Part shown: positions 11,505 through 23,054 of the stretch, in pieces
How positions within the stretch are numbered: the first letter of the stretch is position 1
Layout: every line of letters starts with the position of its first letter
Source of the DNA: Octopus bimaculoides
Taxonomy: Eukaryota
Reading direction: 5' to 3'
Length of the DNA stretch: 64,000 bases
Assembly (NCBI RefSeq): GCF_001194135.2
Contig: NC_068990.1
Coordinates: 49,255,583 to 49,319,582, forward strand
Program-made: the position numbers and the translations under genes
The notes under the pieces: generated by a model
Told to the model about the DNA's origin: nothing
Database searches by the model: none
What the model saw: only the letters and a program-made list of their open reading frames with translations

Positions 11505-12488
11505 GAGAAGTCATATTTCGGATCTTTTCCCTTTGAACAGCACATCAAGAAATTAATTTTTTGTAACTAAACACTTTCAAACTTCGAACACTGGTAGAAT
11601 GTGTCATATAAAACATCTTTTACTCTTAGCGTTGTTGAGAAAAGTTTATATTTTTAAAGTTATTTTGTGTTAAAGTTATCGTATTTCGGTAAGTTCAACC
11701 AATCAATGACGTGTATTCAGCTGAATAAAATTACTGTCGTTGTTTGTCAACAATAACTATCGGCGGTGTATATTTCGTTTGTCACTGTTATTTATGACAT
11801 CATTTGTGCGTTTGTACTGGTTTTAGGGTTAGGGTTAGAGTTAGGGTTTTAGGATCAGGGTTTGGGATAGTGTTAGGGTTTTAGGGTTAGGGTTAGGGTT
11901 TTAGGATTAGGGTTAGGTGGGGTTTTAGGGTTAGGGTTAAGGTTTTAGGGTAATGGTTACGGTTAGGGTTGGGGGTTAGGGTTAGGGTTGTGATTTTAGG
12001 GTTAGAGTTACGGAAAAATGAAGAAATTGGGGGCCGGGGACAAAAATGTCTTTCCGAAAATAGTAGCTGAAAAACAGGGAAAAAAAAACAAACTAAAAGC
12101 AGTAGAAATGCAGGAACGATTGATGTGGTGCCATGAAGTAAACATGCTTCAGATACACTCGTTTATTCATACAAATGTAACTGAGATGAAATATGTCATA
12201 AATAACTGTGACAAACGAAATATACACTGCCGGAAGTTGTTGTTGACAAACAACAGCAGTAATTTTATTCAGCTGAATACACGTCATTGATTGGTTGAAA
12301 TTACGGAAATACGACAACTTTAAAACGAAATAACTACGAAAATACGCAATTTTCTCAAAAACGCCAAGAGTAAATGATGTTTTATGTGACACATTCTACC
12401 AGTATACGAATTTTTAAAGTGTTTAGTTACAAAAAATTATTTTTTAAATGTGCCGGCCAAAGGGAAAAGATCCCATATTTCTTTGCTC
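11505..12488. mobile_element. Inverted-repeat (MITE/foldback) element with a telomeric core
   Basis: Arms ~11505-11800 and ~12193-12488 are reverse complements (e.g. gtgtatatttcgtttgtcac / gtgacaaacgaaatatacac). Confidence 0.85.
11819..12010 (+). repeat. Interstitial degenerate (TTAGGG)n / (TTTTAGGG) array
   Basis: Direct inspection. Confidence 0.95.
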
Positions 12489-12849
12489 AATATCATTTTA
12501 ATTGTTTTTTGTTGGTCAACGTCGGTATCCTGAATGATGGTGCCTACACACGCGAGATAATTATACATCAACAAAATTTTGTTGATCCTCATAAAAAATA
12601 CGTCCACTCATAAGATGTGGAAAACATGTGAATGCGAGTAAAACGGAAGTTACGACGCCGGTTTGGGACATCAGATGAATTATTTGTGTCATATTTACAT
12701 GAATTTATATAGGGTACTTCCGCGATCGCCAGTGTTAATGTTGTGTAAAAAGTAGTGGGAAAAGTAAGTTGACTTATCTCCCCCTTAATTTTTGTTTACT
12801 TTTTTAATCAGCGTGAACTGAACTGAACAATTACCAAATCCATTATCTC

Positions 12850-13140
12850 TCTTAAAGTATAACCAGCCAGCAAGAAAAGAGATAAAAGGAAAACAGGGAA
12901 ATGTAAAATGATGTTGGCAAACAGTAAAAAGAAAATGAAAGCATGTACTTGTCTTTTAATTTAGGATATATAAAACCTGTCGCTGACCACAACATTCAAA
13001 TTCTTTTTCTCCTTATTCTTTCTGTTGAAGAGCGTAGCTCGAAACGTTAAAGACTTTCTCTATTCCCGAACGTTAAACTAATACATCCTTTTGTTGTTTA
13101 CACCATCTGTCCTCGTCTGTTGTTTTTTTCGTAAATTCTC
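12850..13140 (+). mobile_element. Penelope-like pLTR fragment containing a hammerhead-like motif
   Basis: tatataaaa, then ctgttgaagagcgtagctcgaaacgtt, ending before (TA)n. Confidence 0.55.
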
Positions 13141-13596
13141 CCATATATATATATATATATAGTATAGGTTTTACATGAGCCCTTGTTACATAAGATAAAA
13201 ATATTGAGTCATATGATTACATCAACCTAGAAATTCATTCTGACGAATTAAGTTATTCGTTTTCATAACGCAAGATTACTTTTCCAGTGTTAGGAAGAAC
13301 ATTCGTTTATCTTGGTTAAGTTAAAGTTAAAATAAATTAAAATGTATCATAATTAAATTGAAATAAAATTTAACATTGAGGTTTAATTGTTTTTCTTCCA
13401 TTAACCAGCCGTTAGTGCTGTTCGTAAACACATCTAAGACGGGAAATACATCATTGATGTGTACATATGTATATTTTTTCTCCAATGCAGGAGTAACAGG
13501 TAATTATTAGTACGGAATTAATTTTAAGTTCATCTTCCGTAAAATTGAGGTCATTGAACGCATTCCTGTAGTATAATATAATCTACCTGACGAATC

Positions 13597-13704
13597 ATGG
13601 CGTCGGGCGGTAACTTAAAAAGGAAATTAAACATACAGGAACCACTCAGAACCATCAGTCGACAGTCATATATAGCGAAAAGAAGGAAAAATATCAACAA
13701 TAAG
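13597..13704 (+). CDS. Candidate first coding exon of an unidentified gene (MASGGNLKRKLNIQEPLRTISRQSYIAKRRKNINNK)
   Basis: Strong Kozak context atcATGG, in-frame stops upstream, donor AAG|gtcagg; downstream exons were not identified. Confidence 0.45.
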
Positions 13705-14214
13705 GTCAGGTCTATCTTTAAATTTAATCAATATCTTTTGTAAGGTATTTTGTTTTCGTCTGTGTATATACAGATCTCTAGTTGCTGCTTTATCTCATTT
13801 ACTTCTTAACATATCATAGGACACGTTGGCGATTTTATTTTGATAATTTTCTCTACTGCTTTATCTATAATTTTCTTTGTTGCTTTTTTTTTATTAAAAA
13901 AAAATAACTACAAACGAGCAAAGAAGCTAGTTGTAAAATCTCTCAACGAGATATAAATCGTAACAATACTAGACGGTAACAATTTTTTTGCCACTATAAC
14001 ATGGCTGGCTAAAGTTTTACCAACCCACCCCAACAATATATGTATATATATATATATATAGAGAGAGAAAGTAATAAAGATGTCAATGACAATAACGACT
14101 GAGAGTTACAAAAGCGTAAAAATAATTGAAAATGAAACAAAATTGAAGCCAAAACACTAAAAATTTGAAAGTAGGTAGAAATATACACTACGTAGTGTAG
14201 TAGTGCTACGCTAG

Positions 14215-14663
14215 GGTATCTGTAGAAAGTTGAATGTCATTTGAGCATTTAACGAAGGAAAATTCGGATCTTGGGAATTTTCCGAAAGTCCTCTCCCCAC
14301 CTCAAGATTTTCCCCACAAATTTTTTTTAGAGTCATAATGTATGCCGTTTCAAAAGAATTTATGTAAAATTTCATTGAAAATAACCCCATTTTCCTAAAA
14401 GTTACGTGGGAAGAGCTCTGATCTTGTGAATTTTCCGAAGTCCTCTCCACACCCTTCCGTTGCTTTGCGCGCAGTTTTTTTTTTTTCATATTCGTTTCCT
14501 ATACATTGTTTTACACCAATTCCAGTTTATTTTCCGGATTTTCATTTCCTGGTCAAGATGTAAACATTAACCCGGTGAGCTATGCCACAAAACCCTTTTT
14601 TTTTGTCCGGAAAACGGGAGGGATGGGGTGAAACCCTCGGAAATTCTCTTCCCCCACCCAATT
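14215..14663. repeat. Modular repeat related to 41996-43873
   Basis: ~170-bp tandem module (gaattttccgaa(a)gtcctctcc); 14575-14650 is a reverse-complement match to 42120-42190. Confidence 0.7.
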
Positions 14664-15297
14664 NNNNNNNNNNNNNNNNNNNNNNNNNNNNNNNNNNNNN
14701 NNNNNNNNNNNNNNNNNNNNNNNNNNNNNNNNNNNNNNNNNNNNNNNNNNNNNNNNNNNNNNNNNNNNNNNNNNNNNNNNNNNNNNNNNNNNNNNNNNNN
14801 NNNNNNNNNNNNNNNNNNNNNNNNNNNNNNNNNNNNNNNNNNNNNNNNNNNNNNNNNNNNNNNNNNNNNNNNNNNNNNNNNNNNNNNNNNNNNNNNNNNN
14901 NNNNNNNNNNNNNNNNNNNNNNNNNNNNNNNNNNNNNNNNNNNNNNNNNNNNNNNNNNNNNNNNNNNNNNNNNNNNNNNNNNNNNNNNNNNNNNNNNNNN
15001 NNNNNNNNNNNNNNNNNNNNNNNNNNNNNNNNNNNNNNNNNNNNNNNNNNNNNNNNNNNNNNNNNNNNNNNNNNNNNNNNNNNNNNNNNNNNNNNNNNNN
15101 NNNNNNNNNNNNNNNNNNNNNNNNNNNNNNNNNNNNNNNNNNNNNNNNNNNNNNNNNNNNNNNNNNNNNNNNNNNNNNNNNNNNNNNNNNNNNNNNNNNN
15201 NNNNNNNNNNNNNNNNNNNNNNNNNNNNNNNNNNNNNNNNNNNNNNNNNNNNNNNNNNNNNNNNNNNNNNNNNNNNNNNNNNNNNNNNNNNNNNNNT

Positions 15298-18200
15298 TGC
15301 AATGCCTCAGTTGGCCAAAAGAAGGGACGACCATGTCCTGTCCTCACCGCACTTCCCTTCTCACGCTTCTTCTTCTAGTCAGTCCCTTGACCATTGACGT
15401 CATGGCCCCCTTCTTCCAGCTCATCCCCACACGCCCCCCCCCTGATCTCAAAGATCACCTCCTCACTTCACTCCATGTCGAAATCTACCACTCACCTGGG
15501 TGGGCACCTTGCACGTTGTGATCTTAAACTGGGAACCTCATTCTCTTCCTCTTCTCCACAATCATCATCCGATGAAGCGACATTCCTACAAACATCCAAG
15601 ACATGACACAGCATTCCATCCACAGAGATGTTGGTTTTGGAATTGACAACCGTCACTATTCCTCTGTTCCACTGAGTTGTGCAGCGTGACCCAGACTTAT
15701 CTCCCACCTCCATGAAGTTAGGCCCTCTCTCTTCTACAGAGCATCTCAGTGGTTTACTCAGATGCTGCCATTCATATTTGAATATTGCTCTATGTGGCAC
15801 GGACTCTTCGGCCTGTTCTGATCGGGGCGATATGTACTAGAACACTGCTTCCGGCGGCGAGATATGTTCCCTCTCCACCATAGCGTTGATCGTTCAATGA
15901 TGTCTCTTCATGATCCCATTTCCACTTGGTTTGTATGCTGCTATGAAAAAGTGGTGCTCTTTCCTCCTTCAGTACCTCTGAATGAAATGCTGTGCTGTTG
16001 TCTATCAGCAATTCGTCCACAGGGCCCTGCTCTAAAAATACCTCATTTAGAATATGTGCCATCTTGTCTGTAGTGCCTGTCCTCAATTCCCTCCAAATGG
16101 CCATCTGGCCCAGCCCACAATTGACCAACAAAAGATACGTCCCCTGCTGGTAGTGTGTTACATCCACTGCTAATTGTGTCCAGTTGTGCTCTACCGAAAC
16201 GATTTCCCTGCTCATGCACACCTGGAGCAGGCTCCATCTGGTAACGTCAGCGTCAATCCTCCCGGTGAGATACAGGGTCCTATCCATACCCATATGATGC
16301 AAGGCATGCAGTCTCCTTAGTTCAGAGTCATTTGACTGATGCACCATGGCTACCCCTTGCTTCAATTCTTCTGGCTCCCCTAACCAGGCCTTTTTTTATC
16401 CTGGTTAGAGCGTCTGCCTTGTTTCTCTCTGAAGGCACAAAGACCACACTTAACTTCAGGCCAAACTTGTCAATCAGCTCCCCGAGAATCCCTAGGTAGC
16501 TTTTCACTAGCATTTCAGTAGCCCCTTTGGTTTGCACCCTCTTCTCATTGGTGATCAATGATCCTACCCAGCCAAGCACAGTAGTTAAATCCGTCCTGAT
16601 TTCGATGGATCACAGCCCCCATTTCAGGGCCAAATTCACTCCCTTCAGCACTGCATCCAACTCAGCGACGTTGATGTGGTTGTAGTCATCTGCTTTTTGA
16701 AGCCAGGTGGCATCCTCCACTTCAGTACCTCCGATTTCCAACACGATGCCTATCGCAATGCTGCTAGCATCACACCATACGATCCCGCTTTCCAATTTGG
16801 GCACATGCCAGTTCCCTCTGACTGGGTCTTCCGCTCTTGTCCTCTCCAAGATTTCTCACATCATTGTCACTATCCCCTCTCCCACCTTGTCACTCCAGTT
16901 CGCTCCTTCTGTTCATCTCTTGGTGTAACTGCATGCCGTATGCGCCCACCCAGCGATCAGGTAGTGACCTACTAACTTCCCACACATTGAGAACAGTTCT
17001 CTTCTGCTGACATTGCTACCCAGCTCCGAGATCTTGTTCCTCCTACAAAACACCAACTTGCCTGTTCTGTCTTTCTGAAGATTAAGCCCCAGTGCAGCTC
17101 CTCCAGTCATTGGCTCCGGTGGCTTCGCAATCAACCCGAATTTCTTCAAATGTCTCACAACCTCTGTACTAGGATGTCAACTATGTAGGAATTGATGGCC
17201 CTTCTTCTCCTATCCACCTTTCCCAGAATGGATTTGAGCACTGTCGCCATGATCTTTAGTGCAGAATTCAGCCTCAAAACCAGCCTTGTCAGATAATATT
17301 TCTTCTCCTTGTTGGTACTGGCACAGTTTGTCACTCACATAGAGCTGCAAATATGCTGACTTCAAGTCGATGATTGTCATCGCCTTAGTTGACTGCCTCC
17401 ATACATGCAGCGTCTCATCGCAGATGTCGGTCACCTCGCCACCTGTGTGGCACGATACATGGCCGTTCATCACTCAAAAGTCCAGTACTAGTCTAACTTT
17501 GCCCTTTGTTAGCTGCACCACTGCCATTAGAGGTAGAACTCCACTCACCACCTCCTCTTTCTATGGGATAAGGACACCTTCCTCATTCCACTTCTCTATC
17601 TCTTCTTCAAACTCACCCCAGGCGTACCCTTTCGGGGTATGCTGGTAGCAGCTTACCTTGTTCTTCAGCATCAAGGGTCCCTCTTTCCAAAGCCACTCTA
17701 TCGTCCATCGCTGACCACCTGAAAATCCTTGTCCTCACTGCAGTGCAGCTCCTTGTGAGGCTCTTCTCCTGCTCACATTCCTGACTCATGGTGCACAACG
17801 CCTCCACGACACCAGACGAAACCACATCTTCTCTAACACTGACACCTCCAAGGTGATTGATTGCGCCCATCCCCATTATCATGTCGATCCCATCTACCAT
17901 GTGGCTGATCACAATTGCCCGAAGCCTTAGCGTTGTGCCTCGCACCGCTATATCCACATCGCTGCTACCCTTGCATTTAATTACGCTGCCGTCCACTGCC
18001 TGAATGCTACTCGTTCCCTTCCATTTCTTTGTTACCCTTGGGGTCACAAGAGTCGTTGTGCAGCTCGTACCCATGAGGGCCTTGAACATGTTTCCCCTGA
18101 CCACAACCTCAGCTATGGGCAATGACTTCACCAACACCTCTACTTGTTCGTGGGGGAAGTTTGAGAAGCAACAACTTCCCCGTGGCCTTTTCCTAGGCAA

Positions 18201-19202
18201 CAATTTCAGGCGATATACCCAGTTTGTTTGCACCGGTAGCAAACCGGTCAAGGCTCGGCACAGTCTCTCGCCATGTGCGGTCTTTGGCAATTAAAACACC
18301 TGCCTGTGAATGGCTGCTGTCATTCCACAGCAGGTCTCTTTTCATCTTTCACCGGCCATCGTGCAGGTTCGTGGGTTTCTGCAGCTGCCATCCCTACTGC
18401 CTTCTGCCCGGTGTTTTGTGTCAATACATGGGCTTGAATGATGAGCTTGCTCATCACCATTTTCTTGCTGCGTGGCAACTGTTGTAGTCGTACCAACATG
18501 TCATTGGGAAAGCCATTCACAAAAGCCAGTCGCGCTACTTTCTCAAGTCCCTCACCAGTAAGACCAGACAACACAACCAGCCTCTATACCTCTGCATCGT
18601 ATTCGTCGACCTGTTCCCCTCTCCCTCTGATCGTTCCCAGCTTAGCAAAAGTGGTGTACTCTCCATCTGTGTAAGCCTCTTTCAAATGCTGCTCGATCTT
18701 CGCTGCGCTCAGCTGTTCTTCATCCATTTTGAGGTATAGAGCCAGTGCACTCCCCTCCAAATACAGGGCCATGAAGCTCACCACATCTTTGATGCCTTGT
18801 AGCCTGCCCACAACTTTGACCTTTCGAATCCATAAAAAGGTCTAATAACATCACTGCTAATCCTTATCTTCGCTGCCATCATATATCAAGGGGACAACGT
18901 CTGTATAGAATTGCCGAAATAGCTTGTGCATAAGAAATGAAAAGAGTTTCAACTACTTTCCTCTCTCGTCTGTGCCTGTCTAGTAGTAGTCGCTCCGGTG
19001 ATCCTGCCCTACCCTGTCACCCAGTATAAACAGCTGCTATCTCCAACCCAAGAGCCAATTCCCTCATGTCTGTTTGCAATGCCTCGGCTGGCCAAAAAAA
19101 GGATGATCCTTTCCTGTCCCCCCACTTCCCTTCACACTTCCTCTTCTGGTCAGTCTCTTGACCATTGACGTCATGTCCCTCTTCTTCTGGTTCATCCCCA
19201 CA
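15298..19202 (-). mobile_element. Degenerate Ty3/Gypsy LTR retrotransposon
   Basis: Similar LTRs start with TGTGGGGATG at 19202 and 15431; G-rich PPT next to 15431. Frameshifted gag, protease (ALMGTSCTTTLV), RT (IIDLKSAYLQL), RNase H (CDASS, HINVAELDAVL) and integrase (QLAVDVTHY, ELLIDNSTAF) occur in PR-RT-RH-IN order. The 3' LTR runs into a gap. Confidence 0.92.
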
Positions 19203-19807
19203 ATTAGATTGAAAATTCAAACAAGTTTGAAAAGAGTAAGTGAAATTGCTAAAGTTTAGTGGTAATGAAGTCTTGGCAGGAAAGATGTGTGTGTGTGAAA
19301 CAAGTAGAAGTATAATATTAAAGGAAAATATTTTTTACATACCTCTTAAAATCACTGGATATATTAACCCCAGATTGCAGAATAGATTTGATGTGGTATG
19401 GTGTCAATTAGAAAAAAAAAAACTTCACTTTCCTGTTGCAAGTTTTTGCACCAGTCAGGTAACTAATGCATTTCATTTTTGTGTGGAGAGCGAAAGAGAG
19501 GGTGATGAGAGACTATGGATAAAGCAAGAAAGAAAGAGCATTCTACGAAAGAGAAATTTGAAATATTTTTTACTTGTTTCATTCATTTGACTGTAGCCAT
19601 GTTGGAGCACTGCCTTTAGTCAAATCAACCCCAGGACTTATTCTTTGTAAGCCTTGGAATTATTCTATCGGTCCTTTGTGCTGAACTGCTAGGTTACTGG
19701 GACATAAAAGCACGAACATTGATTGCCAAGTGATGGTGGGAGGACAAACACAGACACACAAATACATACTTTCAATTTCCATCTACTAAATCCACTCCCA
19801 AGGATAA

Positions 19808-20310
19808 TCTATATATATAAAAATGAGAATGTGTGTCTGTCTGTCTGTCTGTCTGTCTGTGTGAATCCCTAAAACTCGAGAACTACGCAACCAATTTCAT
19901 TCAAATTTTACAGATGCCTTACTTAGAGTTCCAGTTGTGTTTTAGTCAAAAATAATTTTTAACTTCTTGCAGAGTTCGAGCCCACGGCAACATAATATCT
20001 CCTCCACTATTTAAGTATTACGTGTCAAAAGTGAAACAAAAACACTCATGTCAAATACTTTCACTTTAAAAATGAAACTATTCCACTAACTGAAACAATC
20101 ACATTTCGATACTGTAATGACAGATACTTTCAGAGAAAGAGAGAGAGAGATGTATATGTATACATATAGATGTATATGTATACATATAGATGTATATGTA
20201 CACGTTATTCCACTAATTGAAACAATCACATTTCGATACCGTAATGACAGATACTTTTAGAGAGAGAGAGAAAGAGAGAGAGAGAGATGTATATGTATAC
20301 ATATACATNN
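19808..20310 (+). mobile_element. Non-autonomous Helitron/Helentron (DINE-1-like) 5' portion with a ~125-bp internal duplication
   Basis: A|TCTATATATATAAAA start, (GTCT)n, duplicated ttccactaa...gacagatact unit; no 3' CTAG end seen. Confidence 0.5.
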
Positions 20311-20851
20311 NNNNNNNNNNNNNNNNNNNNNNNNNNNNNNNNNNNNNNNNNNNNNNNNNNNNNNNNNNNNNNNNNNNNNNNNNNNNNNNNNNNNNNNNNN
20401 NNNNNNNNACAGAAGACTCTTTACTACTCAATGTACATATTGTCTGAATTCTAACAAATGAGAAAGCATTTACTTCAAGAAATGTGTAGAAACATAAAAA
20501 CAATAAGAAGTACGTTTGAATGACATCCGTATATATATGAGAAGATGTGTGCATGTGTGTGTACGTGAATGTACTTTATGCACGTCCACGAATTAGCACG
20601 CATGTCGCTCCAATTGTAGGAGATTCGTCATGACCCTATCTGCATTTTCGTCAACTTTTTCTCTCAGAGGTACCCGCATATAGCTATAAAAATCGATTTT
20701 CAACCATAACTTTTACCAATTTTGAAGTTTGTTGACATGGCGAAGTCAAACTGCGTATGCGCATGAAGAAGTGGGGGAGATACAGAGTGTTTGCTAGCGT
20801 CTAAAAAAAAATAATGGAAAGAAAAAGTGGAAGAGGAAGAGAGAAAGCGTT

Positions 20852-21799
20852 NNNNNNNNNNNNNNNNNNNNNNNNNNNNNNNNNNNNNNNNNNNNNNNNN
20901 NNNNNNNNNNNNNNNNNNNNNNNNNNNNNNNNNNNNNNNNNNNNNNNNNNNNNNNNNNNNNNNNNNNNNNNNNNNNNNNNNNNNNNNNNNNNNNNNNNNN
21001 NNNNNNNNNNNNNNNNNNNNNNNNNNNNNNNNNNNNNNNNNNNNNNNNNNNNNNNNNNNNNNNNNNNNNNNNNNNNNNNNNNNNNNNNNNNNNNNNNNNN
21101 NNNNNNNNNNNNNNNNNNNNNNNNNNNNNNNNNNNNNNNNNNNNNNNNNNNNNNNNNNNNNNNNNNNNNNNNNNNNNNNNNNNNNNNNNNNNNNNNNNNN
21201 NNNNNNNNNNNNNNNNNNNNNNNNNNNNNNNNNNNNNNNNNNNNNNNNNNNNNNNNNNNNNNNNNNNNNNNNNNNNNNNNNNNNNNNNNNNNNNNNNNNN
21301 NNNNNNNNNNNNNNNNNNNNNNNNNNNNNNNNNNNNNNNNNNNNNNNNNNNNNNNNNNNNNNNNNNNNNNNNNNNNNNNNNNNNNNNNNNNNNNNNNNNN
21401 NNNNNNNNNNNNNNNNNNNNNNNNNNNNNNNNNNNNNNNNNNNNNNNNNNNNNNNNNNNNNNNNNNNNNNNNNNNNNNNNNNNNNNNNNNNNNNNNNNNN
21501 NNNNNNNNNNNNNNNNNNNNNNNNNNNNNNNNNNNNNNNNNNNNNNNNNNNNNNNNNNNNNNNNNNNNNNNNNNNNNNNNNNNNNNNNNNNNNNNNNNNN
21601 NNNNNNNNNNNNNNNNNNNNNNNNNNNNNNNNNNNNNNNNNNNNNNNNNNNNNNNNNNNNNNNNNNNNNNNNNNNNNNNNNNNNNNNNNNNNNNNNNNNN
21701 NNNNNNNNNNNNNNNNNNNNNNNNNNNNNNNNNNNNNNNNNNNNNNNNNNNNNNNNNNNNNNNNNNNNNNNNNNNNNNNNNNNNNNNNNNNNNNNNNNN
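20852..21799. other. Largest assembly gap (others at 2315-2535, 5259-5470, 11049-11386, 14664-15297, 20329-20408, 25650-25888, 47116-47216, 48730-48739)
   Basis: N runs, several bordered by microsatellites. Confidence 0.99.
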
Positions 21800-22469
21800 T
21801 GTGTGTGTGTGTGTGTGTACACACATACATAAAATGAAAGTAAATATTACATGTCTCTGACATTTTTTCCTTCACAAAAACCAGAATTTGTCATTCTTAT
21901 GGAGAAACTCCCTATTTAGACAAACAATAAAAAGTACCTTTGAATGACTAGCTTTCTGTTAGACCTTCAATGGGCAGAGAAAGTTCAAAAGGTCAACTTA
22001 TTCTCATTAATCTGTAAGTGCTGAGAGAAGAAAACAAAAGACTTTAAAAATATTTTTTTAAATGCTTTTTCTGCGACCAAAAATTCTTTCAGCTGGTGCC
22101 CCAGCATAGCCACAGTCCTATGACTGAAACAAGTAAAAAGATCTTTAGAAAAGAAAAAAAACCGAGAGGGTTTATAAAGAAATTTTAATAGATTTGGTTG
22201 TTATTTTTAGCATGTGGAGATACCTTCTAGGCTTAAATTCATGTGCTGATTAAAAATCATTAAAAAAAAATTCTGGGGTCATTACATTTGACTAAAAATT
22301 CTTCAAGGTGGTGTCCCAGCATGGTTGCAGTCTAATAACTGTAACAAGTAAATAGGAAAAAAAAATTCTGGGGTCGACACGTTCAACTAAAAATTTTTCA
22401 AGGCAGTATGGCTGCAGTCTAATGACTAAAATGAGTAAAAGGTGAAAAAAACGAAAAAATAATCAAAAA

Positions 22470-23054
22470 AATATAACCATGGGGCTTTTGTTCTACACTC
22501 GGACGTGAGGGAGGCCATTATTGTCATCCCCAAAACTGCTGAAATTGTTCTTTGCACCAACTCTGTGTCAAATTGGATGTATGGGCCCCGTCTTGAGTGA
22601 ATATGTAACGGTCACCCAGGGTAACACTTTCTCATCCAACGTTTCCATATAAACTTCACTGCCTCCACAGTAAAGATCTCATTGGACCAGATCAACACTT
22701 TGTTAGCGGTACACTTCATCTCAGTTAATATGGTTTTACCCCTGTCAAACCGTTTATTCTTGCAAGCTGCTGAAATTTAACTACCGGTATTGTTCCTTGT
22801 ATGCAGCACACATTCAACTGTTTTGTTATGTCCTTGTTACTTACTCCAGCTGTTTTCAAAGCAACAATCTGGTCACGTTTTACTTTTGATGCCATGTTTG
22901 TTTACAAACTTGTTATAGACAAACAAAATAAAAGACACATGAACAAAAAAAATATATGCAAATCTTTTTGCAAAATGTAGATAATATTACTTGAACCAAT
23001 ATTCTTTAGAAAGAAGTTTAAACATAGGTAAATCTTTCTGGGATATCCCTGTAG
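22470..23054 (-). mobile_element. Tc1/mariner-superfamily relic (internally deleted)
   Basis: ATG at 22895 gives MASKVKRDQIVALKTAGVSNKDITKQLNV (HTH-like), then a KVLPWV-type catalytic-region remnant; a C-terminal remnant lies near 23470-23600. Confidence 0.6.

Noticed and set aside
19381-19458. Possible second exon for the 13597 candidate gene
   Set aside because: The phase fits, but the polypyrimidine tract is weak, there is an A12 run, and the product is unrecognisable.
20700-21875. Long ORF-track entries spanning N runs (also 2203-2657, 5163-5614, 10909-11443, 14567-15521, 25568-25968)
   Set aside because: Artefacts of assembly gaps; the exception is the real transposase residues flanking the 2315-2535 gap.
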